Assembly (NCBI RefSeq): GCF_036321535.1 | Contig: NC_087437.1 | Location: 14,014,001-14,078,000 of the forward strand | From: Camelus dromedarius | Taxonomy: Eukaryota | Length of the DNA stretch: 64,000 nucleotides | Reading direction: 5' to 3' | Shown: piece by piece, positions 1-13,005 of the stretch | Layout of the letters: each line of letters starts with the position of its first letter | Position numbering within the stretch: the first letter of the stretch is position 1 | Notes under the pieces: generated by a model | Database searches by the model: none | What the model saw: only the letters and a program-made list of their open reading frames with translations | What the model was told of the DNA's origin: nothing | Position numbers and translations under genes: made by a program

Positions 1-1529
1 AAGCATTTGTTCATAGCAGGCGTTTTCTTAAATACATTTCATTTTATAATATCCTTTATTTAAGAACTGTACTCGTTTAAATCCGAAGCCTGGGTAAGAA
101 GTTTCCTCCTTTTAAATTTCCACAGACTGTTGTAGCGGAATTTAAGAGTGAGAGAAGTGTTTCCTGGCAAGTCTTATGTAAGCGACGTGCTGCTGTCCGC
201 CTTTTCTGCCTTCACCCACTTTGGTTCTCCTGGACAGAATGTGCGTGTGCCTGTGACACGTACACGGAACAGAGTCCCGGGAAGGGCTGGGTGACGTGGG
301 CCTTGCGAAAGCCTTGTGAGTAACAGGTTGATGAGGAAATCAGCTCCTCCATGATTTGCTTAACTTTCTTTTGTGTGTTCTCAAAGGTCAGAACATCAAC
401 TACCGAAGATCTTAACTGGCTGCTCCCCTGGACAGGCACTGCCACGCCTTCTGTGGGTGCTCTCCTGTAGAGCCTTGTGGTGCCTTCCGGTCGGGCAGTC
501 ACGGCCCCTCCTCCCCTGCTGATGCCCAGTTGGCAAATCTTGGAGAGGCCTTAGTGAGCAAAGCCCTGACTGGTGAGCTCTCCCTTTCTTCCTGCCTTCC
601 TGCCGTGAAGTTACTCTATAGGGCCACTTCTCATTTTCAACCCGTGTGGGTTAAAATGTCTGGTGACCCTGAGTGATGCCTAGTGACCCTTAGTGGCTCC
701 CAGTGACAGCCTGAGGAGACCTCAGAAATGGCCCTGACACTCCCAACGTTTCCAGCCAGCCACTCACTCACTGTGCCTGAGGCAAAGGTCCCTTGATCTC
801 ACTTCATCCTTGGGAGATTGGAATTTTCCCTTTCAAAATAACCTTTATTATTCTTTTTTACCATTATTTTAATCTGAATAAATCAAGGGTAAGGGAGAGA
901 GGTGAATATTGCATGGGGGGACTTGCCTCAGGCTTGACTACATACATGATAAAAATAAATCAACTGAAACAAGTTAGGCACAAATTTAGCCAGTTTTCTT
1001 CAAAGAAGAAAAAGTTATCACAAAATTACAACTACCAGATGTAACTTTTAATTCAAATTCTTCAGAAACAATTCTGATTTCTTCTCAGTCACAACTTTTA
1101 AAACTAGTAATAAAGTTGAATAGCTTGGGTTATAAGATTTTATCCACTTTAAATAAAGATGCCATATAATACTTTATTGTGGTTCACAAATATCAAAGTG
1201 CCTCTATATGGCTTCGGTGATTCCTACACAAGCCCTCAGTAGATAAGGGTCCTCTAAGTTTAAAAGTTAATTCCAACGTTGAGAAAGAAATACGAGGTGC
1301 AGCGACGTTAAGGTTCAAAGGCAAATGTTTAAGACGCCCACACGGCACCCAAGGAATCGGAACGCAGGTCTTCGTCGAAGGCCTGCTCCCCACCCCCACT
1401 CCAAGAAGACATTTAAGTTATGACTGAAATAAGCTCTGCACATCAGCAAATCCATGTGATGTGTATGCTTTCTAATAAGAGTTTGAAAGTTTTTTGAAAT
1501 CAAAATATTTTCACTTGAAAATTTAAAAA

Positions 1530-1975
1530 ATTTGTGTTACTATTCCAATGGCATCCACACAAACTAAAAAGGTAACAAGAAACAGGTAAAATTAAGTTAA
1601 ATGATAATTTAATTCAGTATATCCAAAATAATACCATTTCAACACGTAATCAATATTAAAAAAGTATTAATGAGACATTTAACCTTTTTTTCATACTAAG
1701 TCTTCAAAATCTGGTGTGCATTTTACACTTTCTTAATTTGGATGCTAGGTTTTCATTCAAAAAACTTGCTCTGCATTTAGATTTCATAAAATTTACATTT
1801 GCAAAAGATGATTCACATACCCAAGTTAGTCCAAACATGCTTAAAAGTTTTCCAGTAACTGAGTTGAGAATCTGTGTTTAAATTAAGTACAATTTAAGAA
1901 AATTAAAAATTCAGTTCCTGGTTGTGCTGGCCACGATTTAGGTCCTCAGGACTCACACATGGCCCAGCAGTGGTA
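1530..1975. mobile_element. hAT-Charlie DNA transposon relic (MER33/Charlie5-like)
   Basis: Blocks aagaaacaggtaaaattaa, atatccaaaataataccatttcaaca, catactaagtcttcaaaatctggtgtgcattttacactt and aaaattcagttcct resemble recalled MER33/MER3 consensus. Confidence 0.7.
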
Positions 1976-2389
1976 ACTCAAAGCACCACAAGGCTGTTGG
2001 CTTCGGGTGGTGCTGTGAGCAGAATGGTGTTCAGAGCAGACTGACTTGAATCTCTTCTTAAAAGTATATAACGTTTTTGTAGGTTAAACTTTCCACTGTT
2101 CTCATCATTTTATACACAGTTACATTTTTTCTTAATTATATTTTCTCGCAAGATGCCACGTCTTCCAGTAAACTTTAAACTGCATTCAGATTTTATGTAT
2201 GTATAAATGCTGCTTGGTGGATTATGAAGTGGTTTAAAATGACGCGAATTCTAAAATGACCCAGTCGGTTGTGCATTCTTCTGCAGGGCAAACATTACCA
2301 CAAAGTGTTAAACCATCCCCTGAAACCAGTGTTAAAAAGGATATCCCACTGTATTCTTTACAAAATAGTGATTCATTATTCCTTGAATA

Positions 2390-2395
2390 TTTATT
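2390..2395 (-). promoter_or_regulatory. Candidate ACAD11 polyadenylation signal (nearest AATAAA after the stop codon; further candidates at 1173-1178, 844-849 and 55-60)
   Basis: TTTATT on + (AATAAA on -) about 330 nt past the stop. Which site is used cannot be determined from sequence. Confidence 0.4.
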
Positions 2396-2726
2396 TAAAT
2401 GAAACAATTCCTGAATGTCAAAATTAAAAAAAATATATTTTTATGCCTGAATGCCCCAATTTACTTCATGATCTCTTTACCAGCAGAACGTTTAAGCAAT
2501 AAATGCTGCACAACTTAGGTACTGACCGAATGACAACAGCTACAGAATTTCTTGTTTCACTTAAACCTGCGTGACCCTTGAAATGATAAAGCCCACTGAT
2601 TAAAAGAGAGGATCATATCTTTACCAAAGTGAGTCATTAATCCTGTGGTCAATCTGCTGCAAAAGCAGAGTGAGAGTCAAACGCTGGCTCCGATGAAGCG
2701 TGTGTGAAGGGAGGCCGTGTCCCTCC

Positions 2727-2841
2727 CTACACCTTGGCCCTCAGGCTTTTGCTTTGGTCCCGCAGCTCCATCTTTGCCACTGCCGAGAGGTGGACTTCGT
2801 CGGGCCCATCTGCTATGCGCAAGGTGCGCGTTAGGGCATAC
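2727..2841 (-). CDS. ACAD11: ACAD11 exon 20 (last coding exon)
   Basis: Acceptor ctccag|G. Encodes (M)YALTRTLRIADGPDEVHLSAVAKMELRDQSKSLRAKV then TAG; 115 nt. Confidence 0.96.
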
Positions 2842-3081
2842 CTGGAGGGACACACAGAGCAGGATGGCAGGACTTCCCAAAGAGGAGCGTGAAGCTTTAT
2901 CATCATCACTGATTCTAAGCCAAGACTATCGTGTTTGGAATCTGGCCAAGGCAGCAATCAGAAAAAGAGCACAGGGAAAATCAAGGAAAGTAAACCCAAG
3001 GGCTTGCGAAATGCTATTTTAAAGTGCCCCTCACTGGGGAGTGGAATCTTAAAGGGCAATCGGGCAAACTGCAGCAGTGCG

Positions 3082-3167
3082 TTTCAGGGTCAACAGCACA
3101 TCTCCTGAATGGCAGTGTGGCTCTCAGCAATCCAGGGAGCCTCCACCTCCTGCAGGGGAGCAAGGAC
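3082..3167 (-). pseudogene. Decayed partial duplicate of ACAD11 exon 18 and its splice acceptor, inside intron 19
   Basis: Aligns by eye to 4794-4881 with about 8 substitutions and two 1-nt gaps. Retains ctcccctgcag|GAG. In the original frame it reads EVEAPWIAESHTAIQEMCC*. Confidence 0.9.
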
Positions 3168-3822
3168 TGCCGTAGTGGGCTTAGTGTGCAGCCTTTATTG
3201 CTTAAACGTTGGTGTGCTGTAAGTACTCGAAGTTGCTAGAACTAAGAGTTATCTTAGGTGAGCCACAGGCAGCGAAGTGTAAATACATAACATTTATGCA
3301 TTATAAATATGTAGTACTATATACATAGTTCTTTCTTAAGGTTAAAAGTTGATGGGACACCAGACTCTGATCTCCAGGGTGACAGGGAAGGTGGCACCAT
3401 GCCCAGTGGTGACAGGCAATGCAGAGTGTTCCTTCTTGACTCCCAGCAACCACAGTGCGGACCGAGTAGGTTTAACGGAGTCCACGGGGGTGGTAAAGCC
3501 TGGCTCTGGGCTCCCGCTAGCCGGCTCTGCTCCTGGCCCGCCCTCCATGTCAGGGAGTTATTTACAGCCCAGGACCCTCAGTGAGTCCCCTCCATGTAAA
3601 GGTGAACACAACTGGGTGAAATGACAGTTGTAATCATAAGAGCAACTATTTATTGGCACTAAGCTCTACAGTGAAGTACCTTTATTACTGTAGTTAGCCT
3701 TCGGTTACGCTTTAAAGTAAGCTATCTTTATTTTCTCCTTAAACAGTTAGTATCAAGGTGCCTGTAGATTTTTAACTCCAAGCCCATCAAATGTAGACGG
3801 TGATTCAGTGACATCTACTCAC

Positions 3823-3932
3823 ATGTTGGCCAGCGGGTAATCCTGGGAAACACCCGCACCGCCACACACTTGGATGGCCCGGTCAATAATTTTGCAGACG
3901 GCCCGAGGGGCAGCCACTTTAATCATTGCAAT
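3823..3932 (-). CDS. ACAD11: ACAD11 exon 19
   Basis: atgtag|ATT...AAC AT|gtgagt; [36 protein letters not shown](M); 110 nt. Confidence 0.96.
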
Positions 3933-4745
3933 CTACATAAGCAAGATATAAAAAGAATGTTCCTTTCTTAGATAATTCACAATGTGGCAGAATTTGATGT
4001 TATCTGTATTTGCTTTGTGAAATGAAATGGGGGAACTTTCCCACATGCATCATTTGTGAAACAGGATCTTTGATGAAAGCCAACGGAGATCCGCTAATAC
4101 AGCTAATGGCCGTATTTCAGTCAATACAGACCTTATGGAAAGAGAGATCTCTTCCAAGTCACATTTTATTCACTTATTTACAATTTGCCTTGTTTCCAAA
4201 AGGATTTCAGGATTTCACATTCATCGCCTAAGGGATCACAAAAGTCTTCACTAATCAGTTTTCTCTTAGCATTGCTTCTATAATTAAAGGATCGTGTTCT
4301 TATTCTAAATAAGCCAGAAAGATAAGAAGGCAGGGGACCAGAGGTGCCTTTTGTGACACATTTACTATGTGGCAGCACAGTGCTCTGCATCATTGGGGTC
4401 GCTCTTCACTAGAACCCAAGGCCACAGGCAGACAGGTTAGATTCTTTGCCCAAGGTCACGAGGTTAGCAGGAAATGGCACACTGGGTACAATTCCAAGCC
4501 TGAATAGTGTCTAACATTCCCCTACCTTCCTATTGCTGCATCTCAAGAAAGTTGAAGACATTCTGCATCCTGAAAATCATTCCCTGCAGCAGCCCAGTGA
4601 AAGGAAAACTAGCAAGTGACACACACTTTAAACAAAAATCACATGGAAGCTTCTGAGTGCCCTCAAGGCACCATGAGACCTGAAATGTCCAGTGAGTGGG
4701 AAAAACTGGAGAAGGCTTGGCAGATGATGGTCCAAGGGGCCTCAC

Positions 4746-4862
4746 CTCTTTCTTAGCGCCAGCGCTGCCCAGAGTATCGATGCTGTGGGCAGCTTTCAGG
4801 GTCAATAAGCGGATCTCCTCAATGGCAATGCGGCTCTCAGCAATCCAGTGAGCCACCACCTC
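4746..4862 (-). CDS. ACAD11: ACAD11 exon 18
   Basis: ctgcag|GAG...GAG|gtgagg; EVVAHWIAESRIAIEEIRLLTLKAAHSIDTLGSAGAKKE; 117 nt. Confidence 0.96.
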
Positions 4863-5339
4863 CTGCAGGGGAGCAAAGGACCGGAAAAACGAGGATAAGA
4901 TGAGCTCAGGTGTCTGAAGTCCCCTTGTAACACAGGCTTGTCATCTGGTGAAAACATTCTTTATGCTGAGGACTGTTCTCAGGCTTTACTTTATGTATTT
5001 TTAAATGGAAGAGTTAACTTGCTTGAGATATACCAGCCAGCCACATGCCTGTGGAATGCTGCAGGTAATACTGGCTGATTTTAGGAAAAAACTTTATTTG
5101 CTCAGAAAAATCATTTATTTTGGATGTCCCAATGTCTAAAATCAAGATGGCTGACCTGAGCAACTGTCTTACTATCAGGAAACTCTTGAGCTGGCCCTCC
5201 TGAATGCTAACTGCAGAGTGCCACTGAAACTTGGTTAAAAGTGAGGTGTGACAATCTAGATAATTCATAAAGCCATTTCAGTGCGGGGATGGTCCAGCAG
5301 TCCTTTATTCTGTCGTTACTATTATTTACTTAGTGAACA

Positions 5340-5985
5340 TGACTATTTTCTTTGGTGAACAATTCTGTGAATTTTAACACATGTGCAGACTGATACAACC
5401 ACAATCAGGATACAGAGTAGTTTCATCTCCCCCCAAACTCCCTCATGCTGCCCCCTTTTAGACCCATCTCTAAGCTCTAGCAACCACTGATTGGTTCTCA
5501 ATTAATATGCTGCTGCCTTTTCCAGAATGTCACATAAATGTAATCATTTAGCATGTATTCTTTAGAGGCTGGCTTCCTTCACTCAGCATAATGCCTTTGA
5601 GTTTCATCCAAATTGTTCAGTGTATCAGCAGTCCATTCCTTTTTATCACCGTGTAGTATTCCATTGAAGGGATTTACCACAATTTGTTTATCCTTCACCT
5701 GTTGAAGGACATGTGGGTTGTTTCCAGTTTTTGATGATTATTAACAGAACTTCTGTAAGCATTTGCATATGGGTTTTTGTGTGAATATATCTTTTCTTTT
5801 TTTAAAGCAGATACCAGGAGTAGAATTGTTAGGTCATGAGGTAAATACTTATAAGAAGCTGTCAGTCTTTTCCAGAGTGACTGCACCATTTTCCACTCCC
5901 ATCAGCAGTGTATCAGAGTTCCAGATGCTCTCCAAACCATCAGCACTTGGTATAGTCAGCATTTCTAAATTTTAGCCATTTTAGC
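5340..5985 (-). mobile_element. Old L1M 3' fragment
   Basis: Antisense L1 3' end text, e.g. ttccttcactcagcataatg, gtagtattccattg, gggttgtttccagttttt. Confidence 0.75.
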
Positions 5986-6944
5986 AGAACTCTTAGCAAA
6001 GAAATAGAAGAAATAAAGAAGAACCAAATGGATATTTTATAACTGAAAAAATATAATAATTTAAATAAAAAGCTCAGTGGGTGGGCTTGAGAGTAGAATA
6101 GAGGGGACAAAGGAACAAATCAGTGAACTGGAAGATAGGACAAAAGAAACTACCCAATCTGAACCACACAGAGAAAACACACTGAAACATTTTTTTAAAG
6201 AATAGCATTAGGGACTTGTGAACTATAACAAAATATCTAGCATTTATGACATCAGAGCCCAGGAAGAAGAGAAAGAACTGAAGAACTATTCAACGGAATA
6301 ATGGCTGAAATTTTGCAAGAGACATAATCTATAGATTTAAGAGGCTGAGTGAATCCAAAGCAGGATAAACCCAAGAAATCCATGCCAAGGCACATCACAG
6401 TTAAACTTCTAAAAACTAAAGACAAAATCTTGAAAGTAGCCAGAGAGGAATGACACCTATTGGAAAAATGTGTGTGTATATGCCAGGAGGAAGTGGCAGG
6501 GTCTTTCTCAAGGGCTAAAAGAGAAGAATTGTCAACACAGAACCCTATGCCAAGTAAGGGTCTCCCTCAGGAGGAGAAATCAAAACATTCTTAGATAAGG
6601 GAAAACAGAGAATTTGTCACGTGTAGACCCTAAAAGAATGGCTAAAGAAAGTTTTCTAAACAGAAGAGTTAAAAGGAACCTTGGAAAATCAGGAAGAAAG
6701 AACACAGTAAGAAAAAAATATGGCTACAGACAATTGGCTTTTCTTTTCCTCTTGAATTTTCTAACCTATGTTTGATGGTTGAAGTAAAACTTGTAACACT
6801 GTGTGATGTCATTCCAAATGTACACAGAGAAAATACATGACAATTGTATTATACAGGGATTTAAAGGGAGGTAAAGTTTTTATACTTCACTCAAACTGGT
6901 CAAATGAGGACACCAGTAGACTAGTGAGATACATAACTACATAA

Positions 6945-6997
6945 ATATTATATGTGTATGTATATATATATTTATATATACATTGTATATATTTATA
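6945..6997. repeat. Imperfect (TA)n microsatellite
   Basis: tatgtgtatgtatatatatatttatatatacattgtatatat. Confidence 0.7.
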
Positions 6998-7777
6998 AGC
7001 AATATCTAGAGCAACCACTAAAAGAGCCATACAAAGAGATACACTCAGAAACATTACAGATAAAATGGAATTCTAAAAATGTTAAATTAATCCAAAGGAA
7101 TGTAGGAAAAAGAAAACAGAAACTACAAACAGAACAAACAGAAAACAAAACATAAAAAGGTAGACATAAGCCCTAACCTACAAAGACAAAGATTAAAAAA
7201 CATGACCAAACTATATGCCATCTAGAAGAAATTCACTTCAAATATAATGATGTAGGCAGGCTGAAAACAAGAAAAAAGAAAAAAGAAAAAAAAATCATGC
7301 AAACATTAATCAAAGGAAAGCATGAATAGCTATATTAATACCAGATAAAAGTAGACTTCAGAACACAGGAAATGACTAGAGAGAGAGAGAGGGTCATTAT
7401 GTAATAAACGATAAATTTTCAGGAAGTCACAGCAATTCTAAATATGTATGCATCAAACAACAGAACTGCTGAATATGTAAAACAAAAACTGATAGAACTG
7501 AAAAGAGCAGCAAACAAATCCAACAGTCCTAGTTGAAGACGCCAACATCTCTCTCAATGTTGACAGAACAACTAGACAGATATTAGCAAAGACAGAGAGG
7601 AACTTAACAATACCATTAACCAACAGGATCTAAGAGACATTTACAGAACACTCCACCCAACAACGCAGAGTACGCATTCTTTCCAAGTATCCACAAAACA
7701 TACAATAAGATAAACCACATCCTAGTCCATAGAGCCAATTGCAACAAGCTTTAAGAAGTGAAATAAAACAGTTTGTT

Positions 7778-8514
7778 CTGTGAACGTTAATCTTGTAACC
7801 TGCTACCTTGCTGAATTCTTCAATCAGCCCTAGTAGTTTCTGTGTGGACCTTTTAGTGTCTTCTATATATAGTAACATGTCATCAGCATATAGTGACACT
7901 TTTACGTGTTCTTTTCCAATTTGGATCCCTTTTATTCTCTCTCTTGCCTGATTGCTGTGGCTAGGACTTCCAAGACTATGTTGAATAGGAGTGGTGATAG
8001 TGGGCAGCCTTGTCTTGTCCCAGATTTTAGTGGGAAGCTTTTGAGTTTTTCACCATTGAGTACTATGCTGGCTGTTGGTTTTTCATATATAGCTTTTATG
8101 ATGTTGAGACATGTTCCCTCTATACCCACTTTGGCGAGAGTTTTTATCATAAATGGGTGTTGAATTTTATCAAATGCATCTATTGAGATGATCATGTGGT
8201 TTTTGTCCTTTCCCTTGTTGATGTGATGTATTACACTGATTGATTTGCGTATGTTGAACCACCCTTGTGCCCCTGGGATGAACCCCACTTGGTCATGATG
8301 TATAATCTTTTTTATGTGTTGTTGGATTTTATTTGCTAATATTTTGGTGAGGATTTTGGCATCTATGTTCATCAGTGATATTGGCCTATAATTCTCTTTT
8401 TTGGTAGTGTCTTTGCCTGGTTTTGGTATCAGGGTGATGGTGGCTTCATAGAATGAGTTTGGGAGTATTCCCTCCTTTTCAGCCTTCTGGAAGAGTTTGA
8501 GAAGGACTGGTATG
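7778..8514 (-). mobile_element. Younger L1 ORF2 reverse-transcriptase fragment nested in the older L1, lacking 3' UTR and poly(A)
   Basis: ORF track 7932-8372 (NIDAKIL...DQVGFIPG...[18 protein letters not shown]) and 7630-7899 (SLYADDM...KVAGYKIN). Confidence 0.9.
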
Positions 8515-10798
8515 TGCCCACAATGGGATCAAAAACAGCAGGAAAACCTCCAAACACTTGGAAAGTAAGTAACACAATTCCAAGTGACCCATTTCCATGG
8601 ATCAAAGAGGAATCCAAAGGGGAATTGAAAAATACACTGAATGGAATGAACATGAAAATATGATATATAAAAATTTGTGGAACACAGGTAAAGTAGTGCT
8701 GAGAGGAAAATTTACAGCATGAAATGCATAGATCAGAAAAGGGGAAAATCTCAAATCAATAATCCATGCTACCATGCCAAGAACCTAGAAAAAGGAAAAA
8801 AAATAAGTCTGAAGAATGCAAAAAGAAAGGTATGACAGAGTAGAAATCAGTAACATTGAAAATAGAAAAATAGAGAAAATCAGTGAAGCAAAGATCCTGT
8901 TACTGTTAAGTCATTGTATTGTATAATTTTATATATTAATGATTAATGTATGTTCTTTGAAGAGACCAATAAAATTGATAGACCTCTAAAAAGACTGACA
9001 AAGGAAAAGGAAGGCACAAATAACCAATTTCAGGAATGAAACGGGATGTCACTGAAGACCCTGCAGACATCAACAGGAAAATAGAAGAATGCTGTGAACA
9101 ATTCTAAGCACACAAAGTTGACAGCTTAGACAAAATAGACCACTTCCTCAAAAAACACAAACTACCTCAACTCATTCAATATAAAATAATGTGAATAGCC
9201 CTATAACTATTAAGGAAACTGAATTTTAGATTAAAAATTACCCCCATCCCAAATTTCCAGGCCCAAATGGTTTCACTAGAGAACTCTATCAAATGTTTAA
9301 AGAAGAAGTAACACAAATCTAGACAATCTCTTTGAGAAAGTACAAGAGGTGGCAACACTTCCCAAACCATTTTGTAAAGATGGTATTATCCTGCTACTAA
9401 AACCAGATAAAAACAGTACAGAAACGAACACTACTGAACAATATCCCTGATGAATATACGTGTAAAAATCCTTAACAAAATATTAGCAAATAGAATTCAG
9501 CAATCTATAAAGAGAATTATACATAATGACAAAGTAGGGTTTGTTCCAAGGATACAAAGCTAGTTTAGTGTGGAAAATCCATCAATGTACTCTACCATAT
9601 TAACAAGCTGAAGAAAAATCACATGGTCATACAAATTAATGCAGAGAAAATAATTTCATTCAAGACAAAAAACTCTCAGAAAACTAGGTGTAGAGGGGGA
9701 ACTCAACAAAGAGCACCTATAAAAAACCTACAGCTAACATCATGCTTAATGTCCCCTAAGAAACTGGATCACTCACATACAGCTGGTGAGGACGAAAACC
9801 GGCACAGCCCTTCTGCAAAAGAGGGTGGTGGTTTCTTAAGAAACTAAACACGCAACTACCATACGACCCAGCGACTGCTTTCTTGGGCATTTATTCCAGA
9901 GAAATAAAGACTTACGTTGATGCAAAACCCTATACTTGAATGTTTATAGCAGTTTTAACTGGTAGCAGCTCAAAATTGGAAACAACCGGCATATCCCTCA
10001 ACAGGTGAACAGCTAAAAACAAAAAAACTACTGATGCACATAAACTGGATGACTCTCCAAAGAGTCGTGCTGAGTGAAAAAAACCAGTCCCCAAAGTTCA
10101 CATGCTGTATGATTCCATTCTTGAAATGACAAAACTAGAAAAATGAACAGATCAGTAGCTGCCAGGGGTTGGTGAGGAGGCGGGTGAGAGCAAAGTGAGT
10201 GTGGCTTTAAAAGGACAACGTGAGGGCTCTTCATGGTGATGGAAATGCTCTGTACCTTGACTGTATTGATGACAATATCCCGGTTCCAATAATCTATTAC
10301 AGTTTGGCAAGATGTTACCATTGGGGGAAACTGGGTCAAAGGTACAAAGGATCTCTCTATATTATTTCTTACATCTGCACGTGAATCTACCGTGATCTCA
10401 AAAACATTAAACATTAGTACTTGCTTTTCATTTGGCTTAGGGAACATGCTCTGAGTTTCCTCCACTGGTCAGAACTTGGAAGAGAAGCAGGGAGGTAAGT
10501 GGAAAACCATGAAGACGAAACCCTACCAGCAACCAAGCACTCAGAATTCACACTGAAACCCGGGAAACGTAACAAATGCTTCCAGTTGGCTGTAGTAGGT
10601 TTTTTTTTTTTTCAGTTCCCAATTCTAAACACAGAACTGATGTTTATGATGGAGAATAATATTTGTTAAGACTGATAAGCAGATAATCATAGTGCTCCAA
10701 TTTGAGCCACATTAGCTGCCCACAGCCATTCTTATGTTTGGCCAAGTTTGCTGCGGTGTATTCCCTCAACAGTGACTATTTGATCAGTTTCCCTTTCA

Positions 10799-11102
10799 CA
10801 GTGATGCGCAATATGATAGCCACTAACTACACGAAATGTGAACTATGCCTACTCTGAACTGAGATGTACTGTAAGTGTGAGACATACACCCAGTTGAGAA
10901 GAATCAGTATTTTAAAAGAATGTAAAAAACCTTACTACTAATATTTTTATATTGATTTCATACTGAAATAACATTTCAGATATATTGGGTTAAAGAAGAT
11001 ACATTATTGAAATCCATTTCTTTTTACTTTTAAAAAACGTAGCTACTAGAAAAATTTAAATTACATTTGTGGCTCACAATATATGTCTACTGAATGGCAC
11101 TG
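10799..11102. mobile_element. MER33-like hAT-Charlie element
   Basis: Ends cagtg...cactg. Internal gtagctactagaaaaatttaaattacatttgtggctc and atatattgggttaaa match recalled MER33 in reverse. Confidence 0.7.
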
Positions 11103-13005
11103 CCCTAGAGGTTGAAACAAGGCTCAAACTTGTTAATGTCAAGCAAGTTGCCAGCAGTCTGTCTTTTTGATGGTTGTAAAATGGGGTGATTATAACTTCA
11201 TGAACAGACCCCGTATATATTTACTTCTTAGCTTTAGAATAAAAGAAAATGTTCTCAGCTGGGTCTCTAAGGACCCTAGATTTGCTGAAAAGCATTAAGT
11301 GGGTGCTCTAAGGAGTTGCCAGATTTATTTATTAAGACAGAACTTGGATAAAGAACTTTTTGCTTTAGTGCCTGGAATAAATTAGAAGGCAGCTAGAAGA
11401 GGTCTCCAGTTTCAGGAGAATGGAATGTTACTTTCACAAACTGAAAAAGAAAAAAAACAGCTGGCCCCAATCTTTGTTTACAACATGCTCACACATCTCT
11501 TTTGCTTTTGCCAGATCATTCCCCTCGTGCCAAATGCAGCAGGTTTCCAGTGAAGGGAGGCAGAGTTAAGCCCAGGCTTGTTCTGCTTGATACATTAACT
11601 TTAAAAAGCAGGAGAGAAACTGCCCTCTAGCAGAGCATTAAAAAATCTCTTGTGAAAGCAGCACATGAGCAGAGTGCTTCTGTGTGTTCAGGATGCCTTT
11701 GGTGTCCTCCCTTCACCCTGCTCCAGGGTTTGGATGGCAACCTTGAAAAGAGAAAAGAGTAAGAAGTGACAGCTGATGCCATGAGCAACTCTATAGCTCC
11801 TACTCCAGCAGCAGCGCCGAGTGGCATCCATGGCCCTGGAAATCTGCACCTTCTCACCTCCTCCCATGGTGTCCATCAAACAGCTGAAGCCTTGCCCTCA
11901 TCGTTTACTAATGGGGCTCCCCACAAATTATTCCTAGGCGATTGCCATAAAGCAGGCTGTGTCTTTCCATGAAAACATTGTTACAACTAAATCATAGATA
12001 TGCTGAATAATATTTCACAAAAAGCAAGCATGGCCTATACGAATTCACGGTAGAAAATGTACTGCAAAATTTTTTAAGTGTCACAAATGTACTTTACAAA
12101 GGGACCAATGTACTTAAAATGTACACGTCCGGCAAACACAAGTACAATTTTATCCCCATGAGTTTGACCTAACACTACATGTTAGCAATCATGAGTACTA
12201 AATGTTTAATAATAGTTTTTCTTGCCTTCTTGAAAGTTAGAAGGGTCTTGTGGGGCATGATTTGGATATCTCACATCTCTGAAAAAGTTTTCCATTTCAG
12301 CTCGAAAGCTCCTTTCAACATTTCTTGTAAGCAAGGAAGTCTGAAATGACAGCTTCTTTTCCTTCTTGATAAGTATTCTCTAATTTGGATTATACTGCCC
12401 GGTTGTAACTCTATTGTCTACTGTGCTTTGTAAACAAAAGACTCAGCAGTACATAATTGAGAGATGAGAATTCAAAAAAAAAAATCATAAACATCCCACC
12501 AAATGTTGGTCCCATTTCTACTTGTATTTGGCCAGTGACAGGGCGCTCACTTCTTTCTGAAACAGTCCATTCCGTTTTTAGATCGCTCTCCTTTTACTGA
12601 GTTTTAGGCTACTTTCCTTTATCTTTACACTTATCTGTCCTAATTCCTTCCAGAAAGCCCAAGGGCCAGGCTTCCTTCCTACTTATGACAGCCCTCTCAG
12701 GTGCACAGAGAGCGCCATCAGACCAGGTTCCCTGCAGAACAGGAGTCTGAGGAAGTCGCAGGAATTGTCCACATTCTGTGCTGAGGTGTTGAAGCTCTTT
12801 AGGAGTTATTTAATCTTTCTCAGAGATAACTCTCTCTCATCAGACTATAATTAAATACAGATATAAATACACTTTGTGGAAAAGAATCATCTTGTTTATG
12901 CAAAGGAAATCTCTCGCAACCAAGAGACATTTCCTTTGCTGTTCTGGTTCAAGGTTGGAGTAGTGCATTGGGCTACAATAAATTCAAGTGAGTCATTGTC
13001 CTTAC

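Larger units (their letters stand above)
5990..10415 (+). mobile_element. Old fragmented L1 (L1MD-like): ORF1 end, spacer, ORF2 remnants and 3' UTR
   Basis: A-rich decayed ORF1/ORF2 sequence. The 3' end gatgttaccattgggggaaactgggtcaaaggtacaaaggatctctct resembles recalled L1MD consensus. Interrupted at about 7778-8514. Confidence 0.75.

Noticed and set aside
1..1200. Possible 3' end of the neighbouring gene DNAJC13, or the short ORFs at 212-502 and 793-1044
   Set aside because: There is no recognisable coding or UTR sequence. The ORFs start at non-ATG codons and have no motifs.
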